Below, piece by piece: positions 12,708 through 26,245 of a stretch of 64,000 nt of DNA. Numbering within the stretch: position 1 is the stretch's first letter; each line of letters opens with the position of its first letter. The notes below the pieces were generated by a model that searched no databases, was not told the origin of the DNA, and saw only the letters and a list, made by a program, of their open reading frames with translations. A program made the translations under genes and the position numbers. This DNA comes from Chrysomallon squamiferum (taxonomy: Eukaryota > Animalia > Mollusca), in contig CM022671.1 in assembly GCA_012295275.1 (NCBI GenBank), forward strand, positions 3,410,001 through 3,474,000, read 5' to 3'.

Positions 12708-13491
12708 CAAAAATAAATCCTGAAAAATATTTAAATAAATAAATAAACAAAAACTTTTTTTTTTTTTTTTTCGTTTTTCACTCTTCCTTGTTTTTTTTTT
12801 TTTTTTTTTTTTTTTCTGATTGCAAATTCTATTTACATATTCATGAGAAAAAATAATTGACTGACATGAGACTATTGTTATTTGAGATATCACAACATTA
12901 GGATGACACTATGATTATCTACTGAATTGGAAAAATACTCTTCTTTTTCATTTCTTTTTTTGTTTATGCTTGGATTTTACTTAATATATATATATATATG
13001 TATATGTATGTCTGTGTATATTTATATATGTGTATATATATATTTATATATGAAAATAAATAAATTAAATAAAACTAATGTACTTAGATATATTTCCCAG
13101 TCAAACAAATACTCTCCAACATTAAACAAAATCAAAATATATATCTGTTTAATAATAATAATCTTTTATTTTTCATTAAAATTCTAAATAACTATATTAA
13201 CATATATTAAACAATATTTTACTTCTTAACTGTAGTTCATACAATCCACATAAAATCATCTTACAAATTAAACTGTTCATTAAAGAAGATACAATAATTA
13301 TTATTTCATCAAGGTTCAGGCAGGTCAGTCCTGGACCATAACAATATTAAATAAACCAGAAAAACTCAATAATGTTTCAAATACTAAATAATTCAAATAA
13401 TAATCTGTATCGAATAAATCAAACCATTTCACAAATCAGTAAATACCTTTGACGGGTAACTCAACTGTAACCAACTTTGTAAAATATTCTG

Positions 13492-13523
<32 letters not shown>

Positions 13524-13705
13524 CTTTAAACAGTAAACAAAAATTAACAAACAAAAAAAAAATTATGACAGGGATTATGAGGATTAACATAATAAATAGA
13601 GAATTGGATAAACAGATGTTTCAGGTATAAACGCATTTTGTCAACAAGATGTCAAGCTATGTAAGGAGCTGTCAGAAGAAGAAACAAAAACTGGCCAATT
13701 TGAAC

Positions 13706-13865
13706 GACTAATAAAAGTCAAACTATGAGGCTTACAGGAACAGTATGTGGCTAATAAAAGCTGAATTCTGTGGCTTTCAGACACACTGAATGACCAATAA
13801 AAGTTGAGCTCTGCGGCTCAGAACCCCAGCATGTGGCTAATAAAAGTTAAACTCTGTGGTTTGAA
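13706..13865. repeat. Degenerate 43-bp tandem repeat, about 4 copies
   Basis: (t/c)aataaaag at 13709, 13752, 13795 and 13838, each followed by a tgtggc/tgaggc/tgcggc-like block. Confidence 0.7.
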
Positions 13866-14593
13866 TTGTACCGATACTGAAAGAAAACAACAAACTGGTC
13901 AAAATAACAAGTTATTTCACAGCAGAAAGTTTACAGCTAAAACAAGACACAATTCAAAATTTCTGTCTTGTCCAAATCTCAGTCAGTGATCCCCAGAAAT
14001 ATTATTACCCAGGGTCAATGGTCTATCTGTTGTGTTAGAAACATTTTAAATACAAACTGCACAGACACACACAAACACAAATATATACATTTACACAGTA
14101 AACAGAAATACACAAACACACACACACATATATAATTATATTCATATAATATGCAGTGCATACATGTACACTCAATATAAACATACACAAACCTAGAAAC
14201 ATCCAGACATACACATATACACACAAATATACCCAGATACACATATACACACATGCATCTACAGAAACACATACAACACATACACAGAAACACACTCTCT
14301 GACACAGCTGACAGTAAATTACAGGTCTATAATCAAGTGAAATGTGTTGTGTGTGTGACACTAATAAAATGACAGAATGAGAGAGATGCTGTAACAGACG
14401 TATAATGAGAAAATCAATGTAAATCACTTAAAACAGTTTATACCACTCTAATAAATCACATCTTTAATAACTTGATAAAAAAAATACAATTCTGCAGTAT
14501 TAAACACACACAAAAAAAACCCCAAAACAATGTTTTTACATAAACAAACACTGAAATACGCTGTCTAAGATAAATTAAAATAAAACACTTTCA

Positions 14594-16670
14594 TGTATTC
14601 TGTGTTTTAAGTTAATTTATTTCAGTTTTACAGTTTTTCTGTATTGAGAAAACAGTTGGATGATTGAGGACTGTATTCTGTGTTTTAAGTTAATTTATTT
14701 CAGTTTTACAGTTTTTCTGTATTGAGAAAACAGTTGGATGTAGAGAGGACTGTATTCTGTGTTTAAGTTAATTTATTTCAGTTTTACAGTTTTTCTGTAT
14801 TGAGAAAACAGTTGGATGTAGAGAGGACTGTATTCTGTGTTTAAGTTAATTTATTTCAGTTTTACAGTTTTTCTGTATTGAGAATACAGTTGGATGAAGT
14901 GAGGACTGTATTCTGTGTTTTAAGTTAATTTATTTCGGTTTTACAGTTTTTCTGTATTGAGAAAACAGTTGGATGTAGAGAAGACTGTATTCTCTGTTTA
15001 AGTTAATTTATTACAGTTTTTCTGTATTGAGAAAACAGTTGATGTAGAGAAGACTGTATTCTGTGTTTTAAGTTAATTTATTTCAGTTTTACAGTTTTTC
15101 TGTATTGAGAAAACAGTTGGATGTAGTGAGGACTGTATTCTGTGTTTTAAGTTAATTTATTTCAGTTTTACAGTTTTTCTGTATTGAGAAAACAGTTGAT
15201 GTAGAGAGGACTGTATTCTGTGTTTTAAGTTAATTTATTTCAGTTTTTCTGTATTGAGAAAACAGTTGATGTAGAGAGGACTGTATTCTGTGTTTAAGTT
15301 AATTTATTTCAGTTTTTCTGTATTGAGAAAACAGTTGGATGAAGTGAGGACTGAATTCTGTGTTTAAGTTAATTTATTTCAGTTTTTCTGTATTGAGAAA
15401 ACAGTTGATGTAGAGAGGACTGTATTCTGTGTTTTAAGTTAATTTATCTCAGTTTTACAGTTTTTCTGTATTGAGAATACAGCTGGAAGTAATGAGGACT
15501 GTATTCTGTGTTTTAAGTTAATTTATCTCAGTTTTACAGTTTTTCTGTATTGAGAATACAGCTGGAAGTAATGAGGACTGTATTCTGTGTTTTAAGTTAA
15601 TTTATTTCAGTTTTACAGTTTTTCTGTATTGAGAAAACAGTTGGATATAGTGAGGACTGTATTCTGTGTTTAAGTTAATTTATTTCAGTTTTACAGTTTT
15701 TCTGTATTGAGAATACAGTTGAATGTAGAGAAGACTGTATTCTGTGTTTAAGTTAATTTATTTCAGTTTTACAGTTTTTCTGTATTGAGAAAACAGTTGG
15801 ATGTAGAGAAGACTGTATTCTGTGTTTAAGTTAATTTATTACAGTTTTTCTGTATTGAGAAAACAGTTGATGTAGAGAGGACTGTATTCTGTGTTTTAAG
15901 TTAATTTATTTCAGTTTTACAGTTTTTCTGTGTTGAGAAAACAATTGGATGAAGTGAGGACTGTATTCTGTGCTTTAAGTTAATTTATTTCAGTTTTACA
16001 GTTTTTCTGTATTGAGAATACAGTTGGATGCAGTGAGGACTGTATTCTGTGTTTTAAGTTAATTTATTACAGTTTTACAGTTTTTCTGTGTTGAGAAAAC
16101 AGTTGGATGAAGTGAGGACTGTATTCTGTGTTTTAAGTTAATTTATTTCAGTTTTACAGTTTTTCTGTGTTGAGAAAACAGTTGGATGAAGTGAGGACTG
16201 TATTCTGTGTTTTAAGTTAATTTATTACAGTTTTACAGTTTTTCTGTGTTGAGAAAACAGTTGGATGAAGTGAGGACTGTATTCTGTGTTTTAAGTTAAT
16301 TTATTACAGTTTTACAGTTTTTCTGTGTTGAGAAAACAGTTGGATGAAGTGAGGACTGTATTCTGTGTTTAAGTTAATTTATTTCAGTTTTTCTGTATTG
16401 AGAATACAGTTGGATGCAGTGAGGACTGTATTCTGTGTTTTAAGTTAATTTATTTCAGTTTTTCTGTATTGAGAATACAGTTGGATGCAGTGAGGACTGT
16501 ATTCTGTGTTTTAAGTTAATTTATTACAGTTTTTCTGTATTGAGAATACAGTTGGATGAAGTGAGGACTGTATTCTGTGTTTAAGTTAATTTATTTCAGT
16601 TTTTCTGTATTGAGAAAACAGTTGGATGCAGTGAGGACTGTATTCTGTGTTTTAAGTTAATTTATTCCAG
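14594..16670. repeat. Minisatellite with a 69-79 bp unit (mostly 78-79), about 27.5 copies
   Basis: Unit tgtattctgtgttttaagttaatttatttcagttttacagtttttctgtattgagaaaacagttggatgtagagaggac; starts at 14594, 14672, 14751, 14829 ... 16569, 16639. Short variants lack an 8-bp cagtttta block. Confidence 0.97.
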
Positions 16671-18578
16671 TCACTGAACACTTGAAGAACATGTCCCCTG
16701 GCAGTGGTAGGAGTTAGAGAAGATTATAAAAAGCTGATTAACGGCTTATCTCAGATAAGTACATTGATCAGTCAAGTGCTTATCTTGATCACAAGCACTA
16801 ATAATAACATTAATATTTCTTAACTTGGCTAATAATGGAAAAAATACAATAGTCTAACACACATTAATCATTAATAACATAAATAATACAATATTCTAGC
16901 ATATATTAACTGTTATTTATGAAAACATCTTAATACTCTGTGCTTTATTTTCCCAATTTTACCTTGCAATTATGAAATATATTTTTAAAATATAAAAACA
17001 GAAGTATCTTGTATAGTATATAATCTAATAATACTGTGAGAAAATCTAAATTAGAATAACATTACTACATACACACACTTTACACAAACACACACATCAA
17101 AATTATCTCAAGTCTAAGAAAAGTGCACTTTACACCTTTAACTAGATAAAGTAGAACCACTGGAATTCCAAGAAATTTAACACGAGACAAAGTGTAAAAC
17201 TTACAGTGTAATCTAGAACATGTAAATTCACTTATTTACAATTTCACATCATGTAAATGTCTGTACATATCTGCAAGTCTGTGAGTCTGTCTGTCTGTCT
17301 GTCTGCCTGTTTGTTATTCTGTGATACAACCAGATGTCTAAGCCAGTGTGTGTTCTGCACTGTAATTGAGTATAATGTTGGGAACAGATTCCAGATGGTC
17401 AGTTTTGTAAGTATGAAGTTTGTATGATTTACAACATGACTGGTCACCTTTGGAACCGATACATCTATTGTCAAGTAACTGAACGGATGTAACAAATCTA
17501 CAGTGACTGAGTATGGAATCTCCAGCAAAGAAAAAAAAAACAGAATAAAATGTCATGACAGTTTCAAGTCTATGTAAGAAATGTTGTCTTATTTATTTAA
17601 TTTTTTTTTTTTAAACTTTTGTTTCCTTTTTTCAACTATAAGTCAGCAAAAAAAAAAAAAAAAAAAAAAAAGGTTGTTAAATAGACTGCCAATGTAAGTT
17701 TAAAAAAAAAATGCAGCATATAAAAAAATTATTAAGATAAAGTTTGATTATTCACAGAAACTGAAATTCACTTCTAACTAAAAATATAAATATTCATTTC
17801 TAACCAAAATCAAGAAATCCATATCTACTTCAAAATACAAATTACTTTTTTTTTTTTTTTTGTGTAAAACCATAAATAAAATATTTTTAAATCTATCTTA
17901 AAACACTATTATCTAACAGATCAATGTCTGTTTGGAACAGTGTATCACAGGATCAGTTCTGCTTTGTGCTTTCAAATACATTATTTCCTAATCCAACCAG
18001 TACTCCAGAAATGGTTCACCATAGATCATAGTATATTCTTTCAATAAATAATATATTATTATTATTATTATTATAATATTGTTATATTAATATATTTGAC
18101 GTCACAGATGTAAGGTGATTCTCTGGTATACTGTGTTAAAGATTCACTGTTGCTAGGCTCTAACCATAGCCATTTGTGTAACAACAGACAGCAGCAGTCA
18201 TCAAATCATCATTACAGCTAATAAACATTAATACACAAATATGTCGTCATTAATTATATATCATATAACAAAATATTCTATGTGATAATTAATTAATGGA
18301 GCAGACAGGGTGCATAATAAAGGAAAATTACTGCTGGTTTCATGTTCTGCATGCAAAAACATCTCGTAATCTGGTTGTTTCTAGGAAGGATGTTGTTTTG
18401 TGAGGGCAGCTTTTAACTAACACTGTGTCTAATTACACCTTCCTCTCTGGAGAGTTTAATTCAGCAAAATAATGTGACAAACTCAAAGTGAACATGATCA
18501 CCGAGCTTTCAGCTGCAGACATCAGCTACTTCTGTGTGTCCGAGATCAAGTTCAAAAGCCAATGTGACAATTAGATTC

Positions 18579-19250
18579 AATGAATATTTGTTTAAGTCTT
18601 TTAATATCAAATGTTATTTTGCTGGTCAAATATACGCAATTTTTGTTATACTGTTTTTGTCAAACCAACTTATCAATATTTTAGGGTTTCACCTGCAGAT
18701 ATTGGAAATCAAGTTTAATACGCTATTCAGTAAATGAATATTTGTTTTATATGTTTTAATATTAATGGTTATTTGCTGATCAAATATATAGTTTTTTTTT
18801 GTCTATATTTGGGTTTGACTGGCAGAAATCGGTTATTTTTGTGCTTGAGATAAAGTTTAATACTCAGTTCAATGAATGAATATTTGTTTTATATCTGTTA
18901 ATATTAATGATTTCTGTCAAGTTCGTGATTTTTTTATTATTATTATTATTATTTATTTCATATGTGTGTATATGAACTTATCACTACTTGGGTTTCACCT
19001 GCAGTTATTAGATATATCAAGATTGATATTCAGTATAACAATTAGATTTAACAAATGAATGATTTTTCTTAAAATACACTCTAACATTAATGGTTGTTGT
19101 CAAATATATGATTTTTTAATTGGGTTTTTCTATATCATCTTATCAATATGTGGGCTATCAGTTTTGTGTCTGAAATCATATTCCAAACTTCATCATGATT
19201 ATTTTCCAAGACACTTCAATAGTAATGGTTATTTTGCTATAAAACATAAA
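18579..19250. repeat. Ancient degenerate tandem repeat, about 140-185 bp unit, about 4 copies
   Basis: aatgaatatttgttt at 18579, 18733 and 18875, with a degenerate copy at about 19054; gggtttcacctgcag at about 18685 and 18990. Confidence 0.65.
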
Positions 19251-20023
19251 TGATTTAATTTTTTGTATTATTATGGTTTTCCCAAAAATCAGTTACTACA
19301 GATATACAAGAATTAGTTTCAAATTATTAGGTGACAAGAATAAGATTTTATTATTATTATAATTTAATATCAACACTTCTGTTTTTTTTTTTTTTTAGCA
19401 AGTTTTTTAAAAAAATATAATGATGGGTTGATATCATCTCAAAAGATTTTAGCATTAATAGTTATTATACTTCAGATATTATTTTTCTATAATCATCATA
19501 TATGATAGAAAACCCCCCCCCAAAAACACCCCCTGTAATTTTGCTAAGATTAAAGTGTTTTTGATGACAGTTACATATCAATGTATTTTTATCCAAAAAT
19601 AAAATTATAATAAAAATAAAAGAAATTAATAATAACAATAATAATAATGTTTATCAGGTTTGAAAAAGTCATTTGTTTTTGTATAAAGATGGTATTTGTC
19701 AGAGAAAATCATTTGCTGTTTTTATTAAGACTAAAATAAACTTCACGATTAGCAGTTAGAATTATTTTCATGACAGTATACAGGTTTTTTTGTATACTGA
19801 GGCTAAGAGCAATTCCTGTACCAAATCCAGTTTTCTTTTGGGGATAAGATTTTAAAGTGTGCTAATTAAATTGTTATTTTCAACGATAATCCCCATAAGC
19901 TGTATATTTTTGTCACTGACATAAACCTGTGTTGACAGATTATTCATAAAAAACTGTAGAAATCTGACAAAAAGAGAGGAACTGCAGACTGTAATGTGTT
20001 GTTTAAATCCAGTGTGTGTGTAT

Positions 20024-20088
20024 ATAAACATGTAAACACAGGTTGTTTACTTGTTTGTAAACACAGACTGTTTACTGACAAACACCTG
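20024..20088. promoter_or_regulatory. Homotypic cluster of Forkhead-type motifs, candidate intronic enhancer
   Basis: Seven Forkhead-like A/G-Y-AAACA matches (either strand) at 20024, 20032, 20044, 20052, 20057, 20069 and 20078. These include two copies of the palindromic GTAAACAcagNNTGTTTAC. E-box CACCTG at 20083. Confidence 0.35.
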
Positions 20089-20199
20089 CAAACGATTATT
20101 TCATTTGTTTTTCTCGTTACTGACGAAGCATGTGAAAACTCTTTTATCTTGCTGACACCTGCAAATGAATGTTTCACTTTTGTTGTTCTTGTTATCATC

Positions 20200-20335
20200 A
20201 GAGCATGTCAGGAACGGGAAATAGTCCAGTGACAGGTGCATGATGGGTATAGAAGAAAGGTATGTTTTATTTAATGATGCACTCAACATTTCTGTGAACA
20301 TGTGGTTGAAGACCCACAGATAATGGAAAACAGAC
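20200..20335 (-). mobile_element. Fragments of the same SINE-like family
   Basis: ATGTTTTATTTAA (20262-20274) followed by gcactcaacatt...gtggttgaagacccacaga aligns with 57762-57830; ggaacgggaaatagtccagtg resembles ggaatgggaaatagcccagtg at about 57969-57989. Confidence 0.5.
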
Positions 20336-20729
20336 TTTAACAACAAAACTACTGTTACTGTTGTCTTTCTCTTACTAGCTTAACTTCAGCTGATCAAGGC
20401 TCTTTTAAAACACTGTGAATAAAAAAAACACAGCTTAAAGAATCAAGCAGGAACAGGTATTTGATCTCTGTACCTGGATGACTAAATCAGTGCAATGTCA
20501 AACCTTGTTTTAAAATATTACGAATGGAAAACAATTATTTTGTAAGCTAAATATAGGAAAGGAAATAGTCATTTTACTTTTATCCAGTTATTTTTGGGCA
20601 AAATTCAGAGCCAGTATTTGATCCAAATTACTAATGATCATTAAGATGGTAGCTTAGTCACTACAATACCATAGCTGGATTTAAATAAAAACAGCAGAAA
20701 ATGTTATTCTGATAAAATTGTATATTCTA

Positions 20730-20769
<40 letters not shown>

Positions 20770-21400
20770 AGATGGTTTTTCTGAGTAGAATCAAGTTCTG
20801 GGATTTGATCCTAGAAGCCACAGATTTTCAAGATATCCAGTTCCAGAATCTGATTAAGGTGATCACAGATCTTAAAGACCATTGAACGGCTTGTTTTAAA
20901 ATACTTTAACTGGAAATGCTGGGTCAGTTTATGAATAATATATTCACTAATAAATTTTATTATCTAAACAAAAAAAAAGAAAATGGCTGTATCAGATGAG
21001 TTAGTTAATTAATAATGATGTCAGATTAATAGACTATTCACATGATTCTGTATTTTCATACAAATGATTCTGCATCTTCATACAAATGTGTACAGCTTTT
21101 TCATATACACAAGAGTTCAATTAATATTAATTAGTATAATTAATCTTTTTAAGAATACAGACAAAATATAGTATACACAGGAATACACACATGCATATAT
21201 ACAAACATATATAAATATACATAAATAACGTGTGGATACATATACACAGAAAACACACATACATAGTACATACATAAACAGACATATACATTACATGTAT
21301 ACATACATATACACACATATATCATACATACATATATATCTATACATATACATATCCATACATGTATACATAGACATTCATACACATTCATACACAAACA

Positions 21401-21431
<31 letters not shown>

Positions 21432-23828
21432 CTACCTACATAATACATACACACAAACTCACTGACACACACTGACCACCTGTGACATATAAAAACATCC
21501 TTCAAACACACACACACATATAAATATAAACCAAGGAAATAACAAAAAATCATCTTCAAAAAAAATACACAAACCTAAGATGTATACATATATATATATA
21601 TAAAAAATAGATGGTTTTGGAATAATTAAAACAACAGACAGAATATATTAAAACATATCATCTTCATGGACAAAAAGAGTGGTTGAAGGTTCAGGAATAC
21701 AAACCTAAGATGTATATAGAAACACAAAATAAAAAACATGTTGATGTGTAAAGAAAACAGACAGACAGACTGATAGATAAGACACACATATATACATGTA
21801 ACAGTTAGACAGATGGACAGATAAAGAGATAAATGAAGAAAAAAACGAGAGAATCAAACAATACATAAAAACAGAACAGAAATATATTCACATAAAGACA
21901 CAAATGAAGCATGTTTAACATAAACATACATGTAGTAACATGAAAACATGCACAAATAACATGTAAACATAGAATAAAAATATGTTTAGCATGTAAACAT
22001 GTAAACATGTAAACATATCCACATAAAGACACAAATAACATTTAAAAATAGACATAAAAATGTGTTTAGCATGCAAACATACACATGTATAAACATATAT
22101 ATCATGTAAATACACAGACATAAAATAATGAAAACATTCACATACAGCGATACTCTGATGTAATACTCTAGTGTAATACTATTAGCAATGACATAGCACG
22201 ATATCACACAGTTAACACATATGTACATCAGTATTAACCAACTATGAGGAGGTGTCAACATAATTACATCCTACAACTTTAAAAACTGACTAACCACTGA
22301 TAGCTGACGTCTGAAGTAAATCTTCCATAAAATGTTATCACGGTCCGAGGAAGACAGAAAAGAGGAAACCAGTTGTGTTTGAAGGAATGGCTGCCAGTCA
22401 GTTTGGCATTTGTCTTCAATTAACATGCAATCTGATTGGTCAGTGATTCAAATTTGTCATACAAACTGACAGTTCAATTATCAGGTTTAAATAATGTGTA
22501 GAGTTGGTGGAAGACACTAGGTGATTAATAAATGAACATTATATATTTTTTTTAATATCTCGGTTTATTTTAATATTAATGTTTATTAAGTGGATGGTTA
22601 TGTGTAACATGAAAGTAAATAGAGAAAATGTGAATATTTATATCTTAAGGAGACTCAGTATATTCTTGTGTTAATGTCTAAATAAAATTGCTTGATCTGT
22701 ATGGGGATTCATTTTAAAATTTATTTAAAAATTAAATTTTTTGAGCAGGTGGAATTAACATTTTCTTTACACCAAATCATCTCAATATAAAAAGAAGAAA
22801 AAAGAAATGAAAGAATATATATAAAAAAAAAATAAAGAAAACAAAAAGAAAACAAAAAAACAAAGAAAGAAAGAAAAATGCACGGCAAAAATTTATTCCA
22901 GTTCAAGATTGAAACTGGATATTTTTTTATTTACAGAAACAGGAAATTAAGTATCAGACGGGAGTGTGTGTATTGTGTTTTTTTCTGTCACGTCAGTGAG
23001 TGCTGTAATCACACTCACAGGTAAAAACAGACACTGAAAAGCAAACATTTGTTAGCAGGTAATAACACACAGTGAATGACAAATGACTGAGGTGATGGTT
23101 GTTAAGGAGATGCTAATGAAATAATTGGTGATCTCACAGCGTGACAAGATGAAGTATATTTTTACTGGGTAATTACATTGTGAAACTTGAAACAGGTACC
23201 ACCAGGTTAATATGTTTGACATTTTCATTATCAAAAACTGTTCAACATTAGTAACAGGAATGGAAAGAGAAGATGATTTTCCAGTTTAGATGTTAAACTA
23301 ATTACGTATTTTAGTTACAAATTTTGATTACTAACTGTAAGAAAAAGTAAAAAAACCCATACCTTTGACACAGAGAAAAAAAACCAGAATGAGAGATATA
23401 AACATATAAAAAATTAAATAAAGTAATAGAAAGAGAGAAAACACAAGATAAAGACAAAGAAAAAATGAAAGAGAAATAAAATGAAAAAGAATAAGAATAC
23501 ATACTGGACTATATATATAGAGATAGGTATCTTATATAATGTTTCTAATCAACCTGCAACTAAAAACATTTTAAAGGGGGAAACAGTGTGGGACAAAAAC
23601 AACAACAAAAAGAAACAATAGTACCCTTCAAATTTCTGTATCAATGAAATGAAAATAATTCATGAAAAGATTCAAGAATTTATCTAACAAAATGTTTTTT
23701 TGAAAAATATTCAGTAGAAATAATTAAAAAAGAAAAGAACAGAAAAAAAAAAAAAAAAAATTATGTTTTTAAAAATTGTGTATGTCACACTATCTATGGA
23801 TATTTATGAACTCTTTCTCTCTCATATA

Positions 23829-23863
<35 letters not shown>

Positions 23864-24584
23864 CCAGAAATTAGAAAAGAAATTGAAGTATAAGAAAGAA
23901 AGAAAAAAGAAAATTAGCAGCCATTAGATGTTAATTCAAGCAAATTCTAATTTTCTTCTTCTTCTTTTATTGTTTTTTTTTAATTCAACTAAAATAATTT
24001 CAACTCATTCAAAAACATCCAACGTTTTGGTAAAAAACTTCAAATTCACAGAACTGGAAACATCTTTCACCAAATCTATTATCAACATTAGTTGAAACAG
24101 GAAATATCTATGAAGACCGCCAGTAGAGAAAGATTTAATTATTAGCTGGATAAAAAACCTGCAGAAGTATTCAGAATGACATCTTTTCCACATCCTCACA
24201 TTTCATTTAAATTACTTAGAAATCTTACTATATCAGTTTATTTTTGTTTTTTTTTTTCTTCTCAAAACTTCAGCAAAAAATAAATAATTAAAGTTATTTC
24301 AGTTTTGTAATTCATGGTTACAGTAATACTGTCAAATATTTCCATGCAGAAAATTGATTTTGATGAACTTATTAAAACTGATTAACTAGGTAATTTGCTG
24401 AGAGATAAAAATTAATCTGAGAATACTAAAATATTTAGAAGTGTGTTATAACATAACCAGAAATTTGCGATACAAAAGAAATTAAGTGTGAACTGTTAAG
24501 ATAAAAAAAAAAACCAACAAGACCAAAACAAAACAAAATTATATTTTAAGAAGCTGAGTTGATAATTAATTTCTATATTCCAAA

Positions 24585-24620
<36 letters not shown>

Positions 24621-25369
24621 GAAAAAAAAAAAAAAAAGAAGAAAGAACATATAAAAATATTCAAGTTTTCTGTATTTTTGAACAAAAATATTTTTCTTTA
24701 TATATCTGTGTGGTAGAAATAAATGTATTGATCTTTTTCCTTCCCCTTTTCTTTCATTCTTGATTATTACCATTATTATAGAGAAAACATTGTAAAGTGT
24801 CATACTGTATAAAAACTACATACATCAATCTGCCAATAACTGTATTTGTCACATTTGTTTTCTGTGCTTAGTCCTCTTCAAAAATAATAAGTAGAAGAAG
24901 AAAAAAAAAAGAAATAATATATATGTAAAATACATAACAAACCTAAAACTGAAAAATAAAATAAAAATCAATAAAAAGAATAGAGAAAAATCACACACAC
25001 ACTGAAATGAAAAAATGAATAAAAATAATAAAATCTGAATATATTTTAACTATCGCATATATGTCATAAACTTGGTCATATTTTAATCATTTTCAATTAA
25101 AGTAGTCTAACAATAAAAAAATAAATAAATAAATACATTCATAAAAAATAAACAAACCAACAAACAAATAAAATTTAAAAAAATAAAATGAAGATAAAAA
25201 AATTTAAAACAAAACAAAATTTATAAGTAAATAAAAAATCCATATTAATAAATAAAAAAATAAAAAAAAAAAACCAAAGAAAACAAAAAATCAAACAAAC
25301 AAATAAAACCTATCAGAACCCAGACAAGCCAACAAGACACAGTAAAGCAGTGTAGAAGAAAAACCAAAC

Positions 25370-25585
25370 ACTCACACGTAAAGAAAAAACATCCCAGTGA
25401 TCTCGGATACATCCAGCGTCAGTGTGCGACAACAACGCACAAGAAGCAGGGAATCACGACTGCCTGCCTACCACAGCACTCAAACAATCGCCGGTGCCAG
25501 TAGCGAAGCCGATGTCAATCAATCAACTGCGTGAAGTGCGCGGGCTATTTCACAGAGATCTCACCTTGATGTCACTACTGAGTCT
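25370..25585 (-). promoter_or_regulatory. Candidate promoter and non-coding first exon of the GPCR (donor GTGAGT at 25375-25370)
   Basis: About 13 CpG in ~170 bp within a CpG-depleted window. Minus-strand ...tacgt|GTGAGTgtttgg donor at the island edge, Inr-like TCAGT (25581-25577) and GCAGTT (25530-25525), CRE-like TGATGTCA at 25567-25574. Orientation matches the acceptor at 5670. Confidence 0.5.
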
Positions 25586-25594
25586 AACACTAGT

Positions 25595-25840
25595 AAAACA
25601 GTACCAGTCCTCACTCGGTACATTTCTCACACACATAAAACACTACCAGTCCTTCTAATACACATTCTGTACATTTCTCACACACTTAAAACAGTACCAG
25701 TCCTTCTAACACACACTCTGTGCATTTCTCACACATATAAAACAGTACCAGTGCTTCTAATACACACTCTGTGCATTTCTCTCACACATAAAACAGTACC
25801 AGTCCTTCTAATACACACTCTGTACGTTTCTAATACACGA
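25595..25840. repeat. 51-bp tandem repeat, about 5 copies
   Basis: aaaacagtaccagtccttctaatacacactctgtgcatttctcacacacat at 25637, 25688, 25739 and 25790, with a shortened copy at 25595. Confidence 0.9.
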
Positions 25841-25920
25841 TCTTACTGTTCCCTCACAAACACTGTGTTTACAGTAGTAATAAGAATAATGCACATTTGT
25901 GTTTTGAATAGTAAATATAC

Positions 25921-25973
<53 letters not shown>

Positions 25974-26208
25974 AACACATAATGCCTTTTTGTATTTCAT
26001 GTTTTACACAAACACACACAGACATAGACATACACATATATAGACAGACACACATACAAACATAGATATACACACATGGTAAAACAGACAAATGCATCCC
26101 TTAATAATAATTACTGCATTTTTTATTTTCAGTTCATTTTTACAGATAAAGTCTGGGAATTGTACAACAGAACTACTACTGCTAGATATTTGCCTTATTT
26201 CTTGTATA

Positions 26209-26245
<37 letters not shown>

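Noticed and set aside
14594-16670. CRISPR-like repeat/spacer appearance of the 78-bp array
   Set aside because: The variable parts are about 9-nt point variants of one another, not unique spacers; there are no cas genes and the context is eukaryotic.
25422-25658. 78-aa plus-strand ORF over the CpG island
   Set aside because: GTG start, runs into the 51-bp tandem repeat, and has no domain features; better explained as the antisense of a non-coding exon.
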